From NCBI RefSeq assembly GCF_003852895.1, contig NZ_QUSW01000007.1, positions 231,411 to 295,410 on the forward strand: 64,000 nt of DNA, given 5' to 3'. The DNA is from Piscinibacter terrae (GTDB taxonomy: Bacteria > Pseudomonadota > Gammaproteobacteria > Burkholderiales > Burkholderiaceae_C). The position numbers were made by a program, and so were the translations under genes. A model generated the notes under the pieces. That model saw only the letters and a program-made list of their open reading frames with translations, searched no databases and was not told the origin of the DNA. Positions 18,377 through 26,894 of this stretch are shown piece by piece. How positions within the stretch are numbered: position 1 is the stretch's first letter; every line of letters begins with the position of its first letter.

Positions 18377-21238
18377 TCAGCGCAGTCCGATGCTGGTCTG
18401 CGCGCTGGTGGCAACGTCCAGCGCCCACAGCCGCCCCTGCCGGTCGAAGACGATGAGGTGGCTCTCGCTCAACCGCGCCTGCGGCAAGGATGGGGCGGGC
18501 CAGTCGATGCGCGCGCAAACACGCCCGTTGCCCATGGCGATGGCGGCCCAGTGCGTGGTGGTCTCGTCGCCGATGCCCGCCAGCAGCCACGAGCCCGCCA
18601 CGACCACGCGCAGCGGATCCCCTTCGGCCACCATCTGCGGCCAGGCGATGTTCTGCTTGCGGCCGTTGAGCATGAAGGCGAGCGTCTGCGCACCATCGGC
18701 ATCGACCTGGATCCACGCCTCGATCACGCCGCCATTCGGCGCGAGCACCTGTGTCGAGCCCGCCGAGATCGGCGAGGGCACCAGTTCGTCGCGCACGAAC
18801 AGGCGCCGCTGCGGCAGCGAGTAGCGCCACAGCGAATACTGCGCGGTCGGCAGCGCCAGGCAGACCTGCTCGACGCGCGAGTTCACCGACAGGTCGCACA
18901 CCTTGCCGGGCAGGTCGCCCACCTGCCAGAGCACTTCGTTCAGTGAACGCTGCGTGTCCAGCACGCGCAGCCGGTTGCCGCTCGCGACGGTCCAGGCGAT
19001 GCCGTCGAATTCGCGGGCGAAGTGATGCAGCTCGGCCATGCCCAGGTCGGTGACCTGCCGGTTGGCGAGGTCGAGCCGGCTGACGCGGCACACGAGGTCG
19101 CGCCGCGCCACGGCCAGCGCCATCTGCCGGCTGGGCGCGATGACGAGCTGGTCCGCGGGCACGGCGAAGCGCGACTGCACCTTGCCATGCCGGTTCACGA
19201 TGACGGCGCCTGTCTCGCCCAGCGCGAGCAGGAACTGGCCATCGTCGAGCGCCACCGCATCCAGCGGCGCGAGCTGGCCAGCGTCGGGCAGCCGGCCCTG
19301 AACGGGCGCGGCCGACTGCGAAAGCTCCTGCCGCTGGTGGGCCGGCAGCGCTGTGTTCTCCAGGTCCGCACTCAGCCAGGGGTCGTTGGCCAGGGACACG
19401 ACCCGCTGTAGATCGTTGCGGCTCAGTCCGCCCAGACCCGCGGCCTGGTCTGCCACCAGGCCAGGGGCTATCACGCGAGCGATGCCCGAGGTGCGTGCTT
19501 CCGCCTGCTTGAGTTCGAGCAAGGCCGCAGCAATGGCCTCGCGCTCGGCATGCAGTTCGGGGTCGTCGCGCAGCTCGTGCAGACGATCGGCAGATTGCGT
19601 CATGGTGTCGGGCAGTAGCACGGCCCGCTTGACCAGCGCGCGGGCGCCGAGGCGGCCGCCGGCGGCCTGCGCGTTCTCCAGCCATTGGATGGCGAGCGTC
19701 CGCTGCTCCTTCACCGGCCAGATGGCGTCGATCGCACCGAGCCAGTCTCCACGTTGTGCAAGGGCGTGCGCCCATTCCTGGCGCAGGCGGCGTGCCGGGT
19801 CGGGCCACTTGGGTTCCATCTGCAGCACGGCTGTGGCGAAGGCGTTGTCCCGCCGCGCCACGGCCAGCGCCTTGCGCCAGTCGTCAGCCAGGCAGAAGAG
19901 GCGAACGATGACGGCGGCCGGATGGTCCCATGCCAACGCCAGTTCGGCCGCCTGCTTGAAGCGGCCATGCTTCTCCAGGTAGTCCAGCGCTTCCTGCCGC
20001 GCATGCAGCAGCTCGGCCAGCACGAACACCGCTTCGTCGATGCGCCCCTCGCGGTCGAGCTTCTCGAAGCTGCGGCGGTAGAGCTGCCGCAGGTGGGACT
20101 CCAGATCCGATCCGAGGTTGATGCTGGTGTGGTAGGTCGGCCCCGAACTCAGGCCGAGGTCGCTGCGTGCGCCCGGCGTGCCGAAGGCCTGGCCGAGGGA
20201 CTGGTTGTCTCCACCGAGCGGAATGGCGTGGCGCAGGGCCTCGTCGAGCTGGCCCGACTCGAACAGATCGAGCATCTTGCGGACGTAGGCTGCCTGGCGC
20301 TGGCCCAGCAACCGGGCGATCTGGGAGGTGATCGCCAGCCGCGCGAGCCAGTCGCGCCACATCTGGCGAGGGTTGCGAGGGCGGTGCCGTGGCGGGATGG
20401 TGCCGGTGGGTGTGCCGGCAGGGCGTGCAGCGGCCACCGGCTGAGCCGGGGCGCCTGCCGATGTCCAACTCGTCGGGGCGCGTGAGCTCCTGGCCAGGAA
20501 GAAGCCAATGGCGAAGAGCACGATCGTCCACAGCGGCATGGCGTCGACACCGGTGCTGGAGACTCCGGCGATGACGGCAATGACGACGAGAACCCACAGC
20601 ACCAGCCGCAGGGCATGGCCTGGGCGGGAGCTTGACTGCTGAGATCGCGACGAGCCGGATATCCCGTCGGATTCCCGTGATTGCGCCATCGCCCGCAGGA
20701 ATTCCCGGTGCTCGTCGCTGGCTGGCGGGACCTTGCCGTCGAAGATGGCACGCAGGTCCTGCACTGGAACCGGCGTGACGAATACAGATGGCGGCAGAGC
20801 TTCGCGGCAGTCGAAGGTGTCGTGCAATGCGACGGACGCGGTGGCCAGCCACTCGGCCGGATCCAGAGGCTGCCCGTCGTCGAAGTGCATCGACAGGCAT
20901 TGCGCCCCGTGCACCACATGGAAGTCCGCCGCAGGCAAGGCCGCGAGCTCGGCGTCAGCCAGAGGTGCGGAGCACAGGGTGCGTCCCTGCCGGACGAGTG
21001 CCCAGCCTTCCAACGCATCGCACGACTGCTCGAACGGTTCGGCAAAGCGCAGCAGGTCGCCTTGCGCAAAGCGGTGGGCCGACGCACCGGGACGCCATGC
21101 GGCCAGCAGGCGCCGGGCCCGCTGCGTTTCGTCGAACCAGGAGACTGGGAACCACAGGGCGCAGACCTTCTGCTGCCCCTGCAACAGCGGCTGCCGAACC
21201 TCGGCGGGCCTCGTGAAGATGGGATCGTGTGGTGTCAT
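18377..21238 (-). CDS. 953-aa protein with central predicted transmembrane segment(s) and large C-terminal repeat region; candidate third component of a MoxR-vWA-beta-propeller (bpX-like) system
   Basis: Long uninterrupted ORF; ATGA overlap with upstream gene at 21235-21238; hydrophobic segments LRLVLWVLVVIAVIAGV and LWTIVLFAIGFFL; no similarity to housekeeping families recognised. Confidence 0.55.
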   Translation of the reverse strand: MTPHDPIFTRPAEVRQPLLQGQQKVCALWFPVSWFDETQRARRLLAAWRPGASAHRFAQGDLLRFAEPFEQSCDALEGWALVRQGRTLCSAPLADAELAALPAADFHVVHGAQCLSMHFDDGQPLDPAEWLATASVALHDTFDCREALPPSVFVTPVPVQDLRAIFDGKVPPASDEHREFLRAMAQSRESDGISGSSRSQQSSSRPGHALRLVLWVLVVIAVIAGVSSTGVDAMPLWTIVLFAIGFFLARSSRAPTSWTSAGAPAQPVAAARPAGTPTGTIPPRHRPRNPRQMWRDWLARLAITSQIARLLGQRQAAYVRKMLDLFESGQLDEALRHAIPLGGDNQSLGQAFGTPGARSDLGLSSGPTYHTSINLGSDLESHLRQLYRRSFEKLDREGRIDEAVFVLAELLHARQEALDYLEKHGRFKQAAELALAWDHPAAVIVRLFCLADDWRKALAVARRDNAFATAVLQMEPKWPDPARRLRQEWAHALAQRGDWLGAIDAIWPVKEQRTLAIQWLENAQAAGGRLGARALVKRAVLLPDTMTQSADRLHELRDDPELHAEREAIAAALLELKQAEARTSGIARVIAPGLVADQAAGLGGLSRNDLQRVVSLANDPWLSADLENTALPAHQRQELSQSAAPVQGRLPDAGQLAPLDAVALDDGQFLLALGETGAVIVNRHGKVQSRFAVPADQLVIAPSRQMALAVARRDLVCRVSRLDLANRQVTDLGMAELHHFAREFDGIAWTVASGNRLRVLDTQRSLNEVLWQVGDLPGKVCDLSVNSRVEQVCLALPTAQYSLWRYSLPQRRLFVRDELVPSPISAGSTQVLAPNGGVIEAWIQVDADGAQTLAFMLNGRKQNIAWPQMVAEGDPLRVVVAGSWLLAGIGDETTTHWAAIAMGNGRVCARIDWPAPSLPQARLSESHLIVFDRQGRLWALDVATSAQTSIGLR

Positions 21239-23085
21239 GCGTTGTCGCCCGTCTGCACATCGGCCTGCACCACGAGGCGGGCCTGCCGCCGCGAGATGTC
21301 GAAGACGTGCAGCTCACGGGTGCGGGTGGTCAGCGCCATGACGCCGCTGTTGGCGCAGACGGTCATCCGTTCGATGGGGGCGCCGGTGCTGTAGGTGAGC
21401 TCTGTTTCGCCCGAGGTCTGAAGCGAGATGTCTCGACCGTTGGCCGACTTCACCACCAGTGCGCAGCGCTGTGTCGGCGCGCTCTTGAAGAGCCCCGCCA
21501 CCGTGGCTCCGGCCGGCAGGCGGACTTGCCACGACAGGCTGGGAAGCTCCTCGCCTGCCTCGACATCGCTGACCAGCCAGCTTTCCTGCGAGTCCTCCAG
21601 CGCGCTTCGCACGGCGCAGGCACCCAGGCCGCTGCGCTGGTCGGTGCTGCCGACGAGGAAGACAGGCGCCGAGGCATCGAGGGCGTAGGGGATGCGGTGA
21701 TCCAGCTTTTCGCGCCCGTGGTCGGCGAGCGCCCGGATGGCGACGCTGTGCCCATCCGAGCAGGCGTAGACCACGCCGCGATCGCCGACGCGGGCCATGG
21801 CGAGCACGTTCTTGTCCATCAACATGGGACCGCGCGCGCGATGCTTCGAGTCGGCCATCCACAGCACCAGGTGCCCCGAAGCGTCCAGTACGTACAGGCG
21901 TTGCATGCCGGCGTTGCGAAGCCACACGCACGGCAGCAACCCAGCGCGACCCGGCGGTGCGTTGAACTCATCGGCGGAAGGGCGCGTCTGTATGCCGAGG
22001 CCCGACATCTGCCAGAACAGCAGGTGCGATGCCGGACTGGGATAGGCTTGCCGGGACATCACCATGCCCAGGGTCTTGCCCGCGAACGCAGCGGCCAGAG
22101 GCTCGGCGCGGACAGGTAACTGCTCCCGTCGAGGCGGCTTCGGGCCTTGCCTGCGGGACGACACGGTTTGGAAAACGAGCACGCCATGGCCATCCAGCGC
22201 CATGAGAGCCACCTTCGCGCCAGTGCTCGACAGGATCGGCGCAACGGTCAACGAGAAGCGCTCCGAACGCAAGCTGCGCACATCCGGTGGGACTTCCTTC
22301 TCGAAGCGGCCCTTGAGCAACTCCGGTGTGCGGCGCGGCGACGGCAGTGGCAGGTGGAGTCCACGTGCCATTGCGCCGGCAGACAGCTTCAATTCAAGGG
22401 ATTCGCCGTCCAGCGACCGCCGCAGCTGGACCGCATGGGAAGGCGGTGGTGTCGCACGCTGGATGGCCTCGGTGTCGTGCGCGACCAGCCAGCGCTCGCC
22501 GATGCCGTTGGCGTGCTGGTCCAACCAGCGCATCCATTCGTCCCAGTGTTCAGGCCGAACGCTGGCGAACGTGCGCGCGTTCAGCAATCGCTTGAGATCG
22601 GCCGCTGAAGCCGCTTCATGCCACTGGCCTGGCTGTTGCAGGCTGCCCCAGCGCATGACGCCGCCTGCCTCGACGGCACGGCGAGAGAGAAGAATCCATA
22701 GGGCCAGATGCGCCAGGCGCGGCGCACCGAGCTGCATGGGGCCGCAATCGAACAAGGCCACGATGAGGCTGTCGGCCTGGTGCGCTCGCGGCCGCGGCGC
22801 GAGAAAGAGGTGCTCGCCGCCTGCAGCGCGGCGCAGGAATTCATCGGGCAACTCCGACGCCAGCAGCCATTCACTGGACAACAGCCGCTCGTAGGAGCCA
22901 CGCCGGCGCAGGTCGTCCACGCCGTCCGGTTCGGCCGCATCGCCCGGGCGCCGGCCGCGGAACCGGCCCAGCCACGGATGCATCCGCAGCAGAAGCTCGC
23001 CGACCTGGGCGGCGAGGTCGGCATCGAACCAGCTCAGCCAAGGGCGCCAGGATTCCAGCGCGTCGGGCAAGCGAAGGCTGCTCAT
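21235..23085 (-). CDS. 616-aa protein with N-terminal vWA-like domain (degenerate MIDAS) and C-terminal beta-propeller-like repeats
   Basis: Start MSSLRLPD at 23085 overlaps upstream stop (ATGA); segment LIVALFDCGPMQLG resembles vWA beta-strand/MIDAS region with DxSxS degraded; repeated hydrophobic-D/S-G-H motifs (LYVLDASGHLVLW, VVYACSDGHSVAIR, LHVFDISRRQ). Confidence 0.5.
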   Translation of the reverse strand: MSSLRLPDALESWRPWLSWFDADLAAQVGELLLRMHPWLGRFRGRRPGDAAEPDGVDDLRRRGSYERLLSSEWLLASELPDEFLRRAAGGEHLFLAPRPRAHQADSLIVALFDCGPMQLGAPRLAHLALWILLSRRAVEAGGVMRWGSLQQPGQWHEAASAADLKRLLNARTFASVRPEHWDEWMRWLDQHANGIGERWLVAHDTEAIQRATPPPSHAVQLRRSLDGESLELKLSAGAMARGLHLPLPSPRRTPELLKGRFEKEVPPDVRSLRSERFSLTVAPILSSTGAKVALMALDGHGVLVFQTVSSRRQGPKPPRREQLPVRAEPLAAAFAGKTLGMVMSRQAYPSPASHLLFWQMSGLGIQTRPSADEFNAPPGRAGLLPCVWLRNAGMQRLYVLDASGHLVLWMADSKHRARGPMLMDKNVLAMARVGDRGVVYACSDGHSVAIRALADHGREKLDHRIPYALDASAPVFLVGSTDQRSGLGACAVRSALEDSQESWLVSDVEAGEELPSLSWQVRLPAGATVAGLFKSAPTQRCALVVKSANGRDISLQTSGETELTYSTGAPIERMTVCANSGVMALTTRTRELHVFDISRRQARLVVQADVQTGDNA

Positions 23086-23573
23086 GCGGCAGCCCCGGGC
23101 TGGTCGTCCCACAGTGCTGCGATTCGTGCGAGAAGGGCTGCGGAGACGGGCAATTGGCGATCCATCGGCACCAGGACCGATGGATCAGGCCAGAGCAGCA
23201 GCGGCTTGCGCTGGTGGCGCCGGTCAAGTGCGATCGCCAGCAGATCGCAGGCAACGTCCGGGCGCCGCAAGGTGGGCAGCCACAGGTTGGGCGCTTCGGG
23301 GCAGGGCGCGGCGTAGGCTGCGCCATCGATCCAGGGCAACGCGGCTGTCGCGCCGCTGACGACCATCACGTCGCGGCTGGCCGTGGCGTGCAGGCGTGCC
23401 TGCTCTTCGGCACTCATGAGTTGCAGGCGTGCATGCAGCCGGCGCGCCGCGGGGCCGAAGGCCACGACCGCGCGTGCGGGCGCGGGCTCAGGCTGGCCGG
23501 CCCAGCGCCAGTCGAATCGTCCAGCGAGGCTCACGCGGCAACCGCAATCAGCGCAGCCAGCTTCACGCGCCAT
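23082..23573 (-). CDS. small hypothetical protein (163 aa as drawn; start uncertain) between MoxR ATPase and vWA-like gene
   Basis: ORF in operon context; overlaps AAA gene 3' end by 43 nt if the 23573 start is used; internal alternative start MSAEEQ at 23417. Confidence 0.35.
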   Translation of the reverse strand: MAREAGCADCGCRVSLAGRFDWRWAGQPEPAPARAVVAFGPAARRLHARLQLMSAEEQARLHATASRDVMVVSGATAALPWIDGAAYAAPCPEAPNLWLPTLRRPDVACDLLAIALDRRHQRKPLLLWPDPSVLVPMDRQLPVSAALLARIAALWDDQPGAAA

Positions 23574-24652
23574 TCGGCCAGATCGGCCGGCAGCGTGTCG
23601 GCATCGAAGTTCGCGTCGATCTCACGCAGCAAGGCTTCGACTTCCAGGCGGCGTCCTTCGACGGAACCGGCCAGCAGACCTTGGGCCGATTCCTTGAGAC
23701 GTGCGGCCCTGGACAGCGGCTGCAAGGTGGCTTGCTCCACGGCGCTGAGCAGGTTCGGATGCGCCGCATCGGCGAACAGTTCGCGCAGGACCTCGCGTGC
23801 GCTGTGCTGGGCCTCCTGCGTCGGCAGCACATACAGCAGCGGCCAGAGGTCTGCCTGCGTGGCTTGCACGCGACCCGCCAGCACGGCGGCCGCCGCGATG
23901 AGCCGCTGCGCCTTCACGATGCGGCGGTCCGAGAGCTGGATGCCGGCCTGGCGCAATTGACGGATCGCGCTGGCCAGTGCCGGGCGGGCGATGTCCAGGT
24001 TCGCGAGCTTCACCGCGTGACACAGCACGTCCAGGTGCGCCATGCCGGCCTGCGGCTCGACGCGCTGCTGGTCCGATTGCCAGCCGCCAGCCAGCATCGC
24101 TTCGAGTTGGTGATCGGGCACGGCCTCGATGAACAGATGCAGCAGGAAGCGGTCGCCAAAGGCGGCGAGTGCTTCGTCTTCCGGCAAGCCGTTGGCAGCA
24201 CCCACGCACACGCGCAGCGGGCACTGGATTTGTGTGTGGCCGCGGCGAAAGCGCCGCTCGTTCAGCACACCCAGGAGCGTGTTCAGGATGGCCGTGGAAC
24301 CGAGGAACACCTCGTCGAGAAACGCCACCTCGGCCTCCGGCAGCATGCCGGTGACGTCGGTCTCGACGGTGCCCTCGCGCAGCTTCTTCAGGTCCACCGG
24401 ACCGAAGAGCTCCGACGGTTCGGTGAAACGTCCGAGCAGGTATTCGAAGTAGCGCCCACCCATGGCTTGCGCGACGCGGCGAACCACCGCGCTCTTGGCG
24501 GTGCCAGGCGGCCCGATCACCAGCAGGTGCTCCTGGGCGACAGCGGCCAGCACGATCAGCTCGGCCAGTTGATCGCGCCCGACCAGGCCGGCCGTGGCTG
24601 CGCGGATGCCCTGCCGGACTTGGCTGGCGGAGTCTTGGAGAGAGAGGGTCAT
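23531..24652 (-). CDS. MoxR-like AAA+ ATPase
   Basis: 373 aa; Walker A LLVIGPPGTAKS, Walker B AFLDEVF, sensor/arginine finger region; MoxR/RavA-type single AAA+ module with C-terminal helical domain. Confidence 0.85.
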   Translation of the reverse strand: MTLSLQDSASQVRQGIRAATAGLVGRDQLAELIVLAAVAQEHLLVIGPPGTAKSAVVRRVAQAMGGRYFEYLLGRFTEPSELFGPVDLKKLREGTVETDVTGMLPEAEVAFLDEVFLGSTAILNTLLGVLNERRFRRGHTQIQCPLRVCVGAANGLPEDEALAAFGDRFLLHLFIEAVPDHQLEAMLAGGWQSDQQRVEPQAGMAHLDVLCHAVKLANLDIARPALASAIRQLRQAGIQLSDRRIVKAQRLIAAAAVLAGRVQATQADLWPLLYVLPTQEAQHSAREVLRELFADAAHPNLLSAVEQATLQPLSRAARLKESAQGLLAGSVEGRRLEVEALLREIDANFDADTLPADLAEWRVKLAALIAVAA

Positions 24653-24713
24653 GATGTGCGTCGGGTTCGAAAGAGACAGTCTGCCTGAGCAGGCCGTCAG
24701 TGGGATGCAGGTG

Positions 24714-25082
24714 TCAGGCGCCGACCGTGAGGTCCTTCAGCAAGCTGCGCAATTTCTTGCGGCCGTCGCTGTTCGTCGAGCGCCAGGCCTTGAGTGCCAG
24801 CGCGAGAAACTGCTGTTCGGCCTGGTTCAGGCCCGCGGCTTCGCGCTCTTCATCAAGCCAGCCCACCGGCTTCTTGCAGTGCTGCTCGATCTGCCGGGCG
24901 AGCTTGTCGCCGATGGGTCGGGATGACTTGATCTGGCTCCACATGCTGGGCGAAATCTCCAGGCTCGTGGCGAAGGTTTGCTCCAGCCCCTTGGGAGCGG
25001 CGCCATTGGCCACGGCCGACTCGGCATAGGCCTGGAAGAGCGCCAGCACGTTGCGGCGCCGATGGATGGTGATGTTGCTCAC
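24714..25082 (-). CDS. XRE/lambda-repressor-like HTH DNA-binding protein (122 aa), probable regulator of the downstream MoxR operon
   Basis: HTH segment TFATSLEISPSMWSQIKSSRPIGDKLARQIE; 60-nt gap to AAA gene, same strand. Confidence 0.55.
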   Translation of the reverse strand: MSNITIHRRRNVLALFQAYAESAVANGAAPKGLEQTFATSLEISPSMWSQIKSSRPIGDKLARQIEQHCKKPVGWLDEEREAAGLNQAEQQFLALALKAWRSTNSDGRKKLRSLLKDLTVGA

Positions 25083-25445
25083 GCTGAGTGTGTGTTGCGT
25101 ACGACAAGAATTTCGAGCCGCGATTGTCGGGGGGGTTGACGATGGCGTAAAGACTCTTTACAGTCCGCTCCCGTCGCTGCATGAAGCGACATTCTTCAAC
25201 GATTTCAAGGACTCGACGTGACCCGATTCGCCGCCAAACAAAACCTTCGACCCTGCCAGGGCCGTGGTGCGTTTGTGCGCGTCGTCGCGACGTTCCAGCT
25301 AGGAGCGGCCGATGGTTGCTCGTATCGCAACAGCAAGTCCATGCATCTGGCCGCTGCCTTGGAGTGCCCGCAATGGCACATCAAGAGTGACGAGGATCCG
25401 ATGCATCCGGGAGAGGGAGGCGCATAGCCGCACCCCTTCAAGCTC

Positions 25446-25485
25446 TGTACGCAGAGGCCCGGATTCCGCGAAGGATCCGGGCCTT
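25446..25485 (+). terminator. orphan rho-independent terminator (ggcccggattccgcgaaggatccgggcc-TTTTTGTTTT)
   Basis: Perfect 9-bp stem plus T-run on plus strand about 150 nt upstream of the tRNA array; no confident CDS upstream (25083-25445). Confidence 0.45.
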
Positions 25486-25632
25486 TTTGTTTTCAACCTC
25501 CAACCCGCGTCGTGGCCGGCAGCCGCGACGCAGCGATCCACCGGGTCGCACACCGGCAACGGTGCATTGTTCTTTCAAAACTTGCCGCAAGACGACGCCA
25601 GTACTGGCTGGCCATCAGCGTCTTGCACACAT

Positions 25633-25708
25633 GCGGATGTAGCTCAGCAGGCAGAGCGGGACCACGCCATGGTTCAGGCCACGAGTTCGATTCTCGTCAT
25701 CCGCTCCA
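25633..25708 (+). tRNA. tRNA-Gly(GCC)-like, non-canonical C33
   Basis: GCGGATG/CATCCGC acceptor, D arm TAGCTCAGCAGGCAGAGC, anticodon loop ACGCCAT (C at position 33), T arm ACGAG-TTCGATT-CTCGT, CCA encoded. Confidence 0.6.
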
Positions 25709-25869
25709 CGATTCACTTCGGGTGTGTCCTTGCACTCCGTGGCCGCACTTGCATGGTGTTGGCGGCGCGGGATGTGCGCGGTCGCAGGCCTGAGGCTCCG
25801 TGCAGCGAGACACCACGTCCGACGGGACGCTCGCGCTTGGGCACAGCCGAAGTGGATTGCCATGAATTG

Positions 25870-25944
25870 GTCGCGTTCGTCTAACGGTCAGGACGCTGGG
25901 CTTTCAATCCGGCAATGCGGGTTCGACTCCCGCACGCGATACCA
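25870..25944 (+). tRNA. tRNA-Glu(TTC)
   Basis: Acceptor GTCGCGT/ACGCGAT (G1-U72), TTCGTCTAACGGTCAGGAC Glu-type D arm, anticodon loop CTTTCAA, T arm GCGGG-TTCGACT-CCCGC, CCA. Confidence 0.65.
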
Positions 25945-26036
25945 GCAAACAGAAGCCATCGTCGAGCTCACGCTTCGATGGCGGAAATCGGCCGCAACGA
26001 TTGGGCGGCACCGGAACCCGTCACCGGAAAATATTT

Positions 26037-26112
26037 GCTTCGTTAACTCAGTGGTCAGAGTGCCGGCCTGTCTAGTCGGAAGCCGCGGGTTCGAATCCCG
26101 CACGAGGCGCCA
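26037..26112 (+). tRNA. tRNA-Asp(GTC)
   Basis: Anticodon stem-loop CCGGC-CTGTCTA-GTCGG (U37 unusual), T arm GCGGG-TTCGAAT-CCCGC, 3' ACGAGGCGCCA. Confidence 0.65.
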
Positions 26113-26120
26113 GTCAATTT

Positions 26121-26196
26121 GCCGCGGTAGCTCAATGGGTAGAGCGCCGGCCTGAAGAGCCGGGCGTAGGAGGTTCGAACCCTTCCCGCGGCACCA
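26121..26196 (+). tRNA. tRNA-Phe(GAA)
   Basis: GCCGCGG acceptor, anticodon stem-loop CCGGC-CTGAAGA-GCCGG, T arm GGAGG-TTCGAAC-CCTTC, CCA. Confidence 0.8.
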
Positions 26197-26200
26197 GTTT

Positions 26201-26277
26201 GTCTCGTTAGCTCAATGGATGAGAGCGCCGGTCTACGAAGCCGGAGGTTGCATGTTCGAGTCATGCACGAGGCGCCA
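26201..26277 (+). tRNA. tRNA-Arg(ACG)
   Basis: Anticodon stem-loop CCGGT-CTACGAA-GCCGG, T arm GCATG-TTCGAGT-CATGC, 3' end identical to the Asp gene (ACGAGGCGCCA). Confidence 0.7.
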
Positions 26278-26285
26278 ATTCTCCT

Positions 26286-26372
26286 GGGTGTGTGGCAGAG
26301 AGGCCGATTGCAGCTGCCTGTAAAGCAGCCTCCCGAAAGGACACGGTGGTTCGAATCCATCCGCACCCACCA
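26286..26372 (+). tRNA. tRNA-Tyr(GTA), class II (long variable arm)
   Basis: Acceptor GGGTGTG/CGCACCC, anticodon GCTGC-CTGTAAA-GCAGC, variable arm TCC-CGAAA-GGA, T arm GGTGG-TTCGAAT-CCATC, ACCA. Confidence 0.75.
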
Positions 26373-26378
26373 GACAAA

Positions 26379-26454
26379 TCCGGGCTAGCTCAATTGGCAG
26401 AGCAGCGGCCTCCAAAGCCGAAGGTTCGCGGTTCGACCCCGTGGTCCGGAGCCA
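26379..26454 (+). tRNA. tRNA-Trp(CCA)
   Basis: Anticodon loop CTCCAAA, D arm TAGCTCAATTGGCAGAGC, T arm CGCGG-TTCGACC-CCGTG, GCCA. Confidence 0.75.
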
Positions 26455-26461
26455 GATTCTT

Positions 26462-26547
26462 CTCGATGTAGCCAAGTGGTCGAAGGCGACTGATTGCAAA
26501 TCAGTTGGCGCAAGCCCACGTCCGTTCGAATCGGACCGTCGAGTCCA
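26462..26547 (+). tRNA. class II (long variable arm, 3-bp D stem) tRNA with Cys anticodon GCA; allo-tRNA / SelC-like non-canonical tRNA
   Basis: Acceptor CTCGATG/CGTCGAG, D arm GCC-AAGTGGTCGAA-GGC, anticodon ACTGA-TTGCAAA-TCAGT, 14-nt variable arm GGC-GCAA-GCC, T arm GTCCG-TTCGAAT-CGGAC, TCCA. Confidence 0.55.
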
Positions 26548-26554
26548 GCTTTGT

Positions 26555-26630
26555 TTCCCGATAGCTCAATGGGTAGAGCGCCCGGCTGTTAACCGGGAGG
26601 TTCTTGGTTCGAGACCAAGTCGGGGAGCCA
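26555..26630 (+). tRNA. tRNA-Asn(GTT)
   Basis: Anticodon CCCGG-CTGTTAA-CCGGG, T arm CTTGG-TTCGAGA-CCAAG, GCCA. Confidence 0.8.
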
Positions 26631-26634
26631 GTTT

Positions 26635-26709
26635 GCCCGTGTAGCTCAGTGGTAGAGCACTCGCTTGATAAGCGAGAGGTCGTTGGTTCGAGCCCAACCG
26701 CGAGTACCA
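26635..26709 (+). tRNA. tRNA-Ile(GAT) with one acceptor-stem mismatch (C3-A70)
   Basis: D arm TAGCTCAGTGGTAGAGC, anticodon CTCGC-TTGATAA-GCGAG, T arm GTTGG-TTCGAGC-CCAAC, ACCA. Confidence 0.65.
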
Positions 26710-26718
26710 ATGGTCAGT

Positions 26719-26794
26719 CTCCGTGTAGCGCAGCTGGGAGCGCACGTGCCTTGGGAGCACGGGGTCGCAGGTTCGAACCCTGCCGCGGAGACCA
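26719..26794 (+). tRNA. tRNA-Pro(GGG)
   Basis: Acceptor CTCCGTG/CGCGGAG (C1-G72), anticodon CGTGC-CTTGGGA-GCACG, T arm GCAGG-TTCGAAC-CCTGC, ACCA. Confidence 0.75.
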
Positions 26795-26820
26795 ACTTCT
26801 TTCGATGCATGTGTTTGGGT

Positions 26821-26894
26821 GTGGCCGTAGCTCAATGGCAGAGCCATGGATTGTGGATCCGTTGATGTCGGTTCGACTCCGACCGGTCACCCCC
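26821..26894 (+). tRNA. tRNA-His(GTG) lacking encoded G-1 and CCA
   Basis: Acceptor GTGGCCG/CGGTCAC, anticodon ATGGA-TTGTGGA-TCCGT, T arm GTCGG-TTCGACT-CCGAC, discriminator C followed by CCCA rather than CCA; -1 position is T. Confidence 0.6.
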
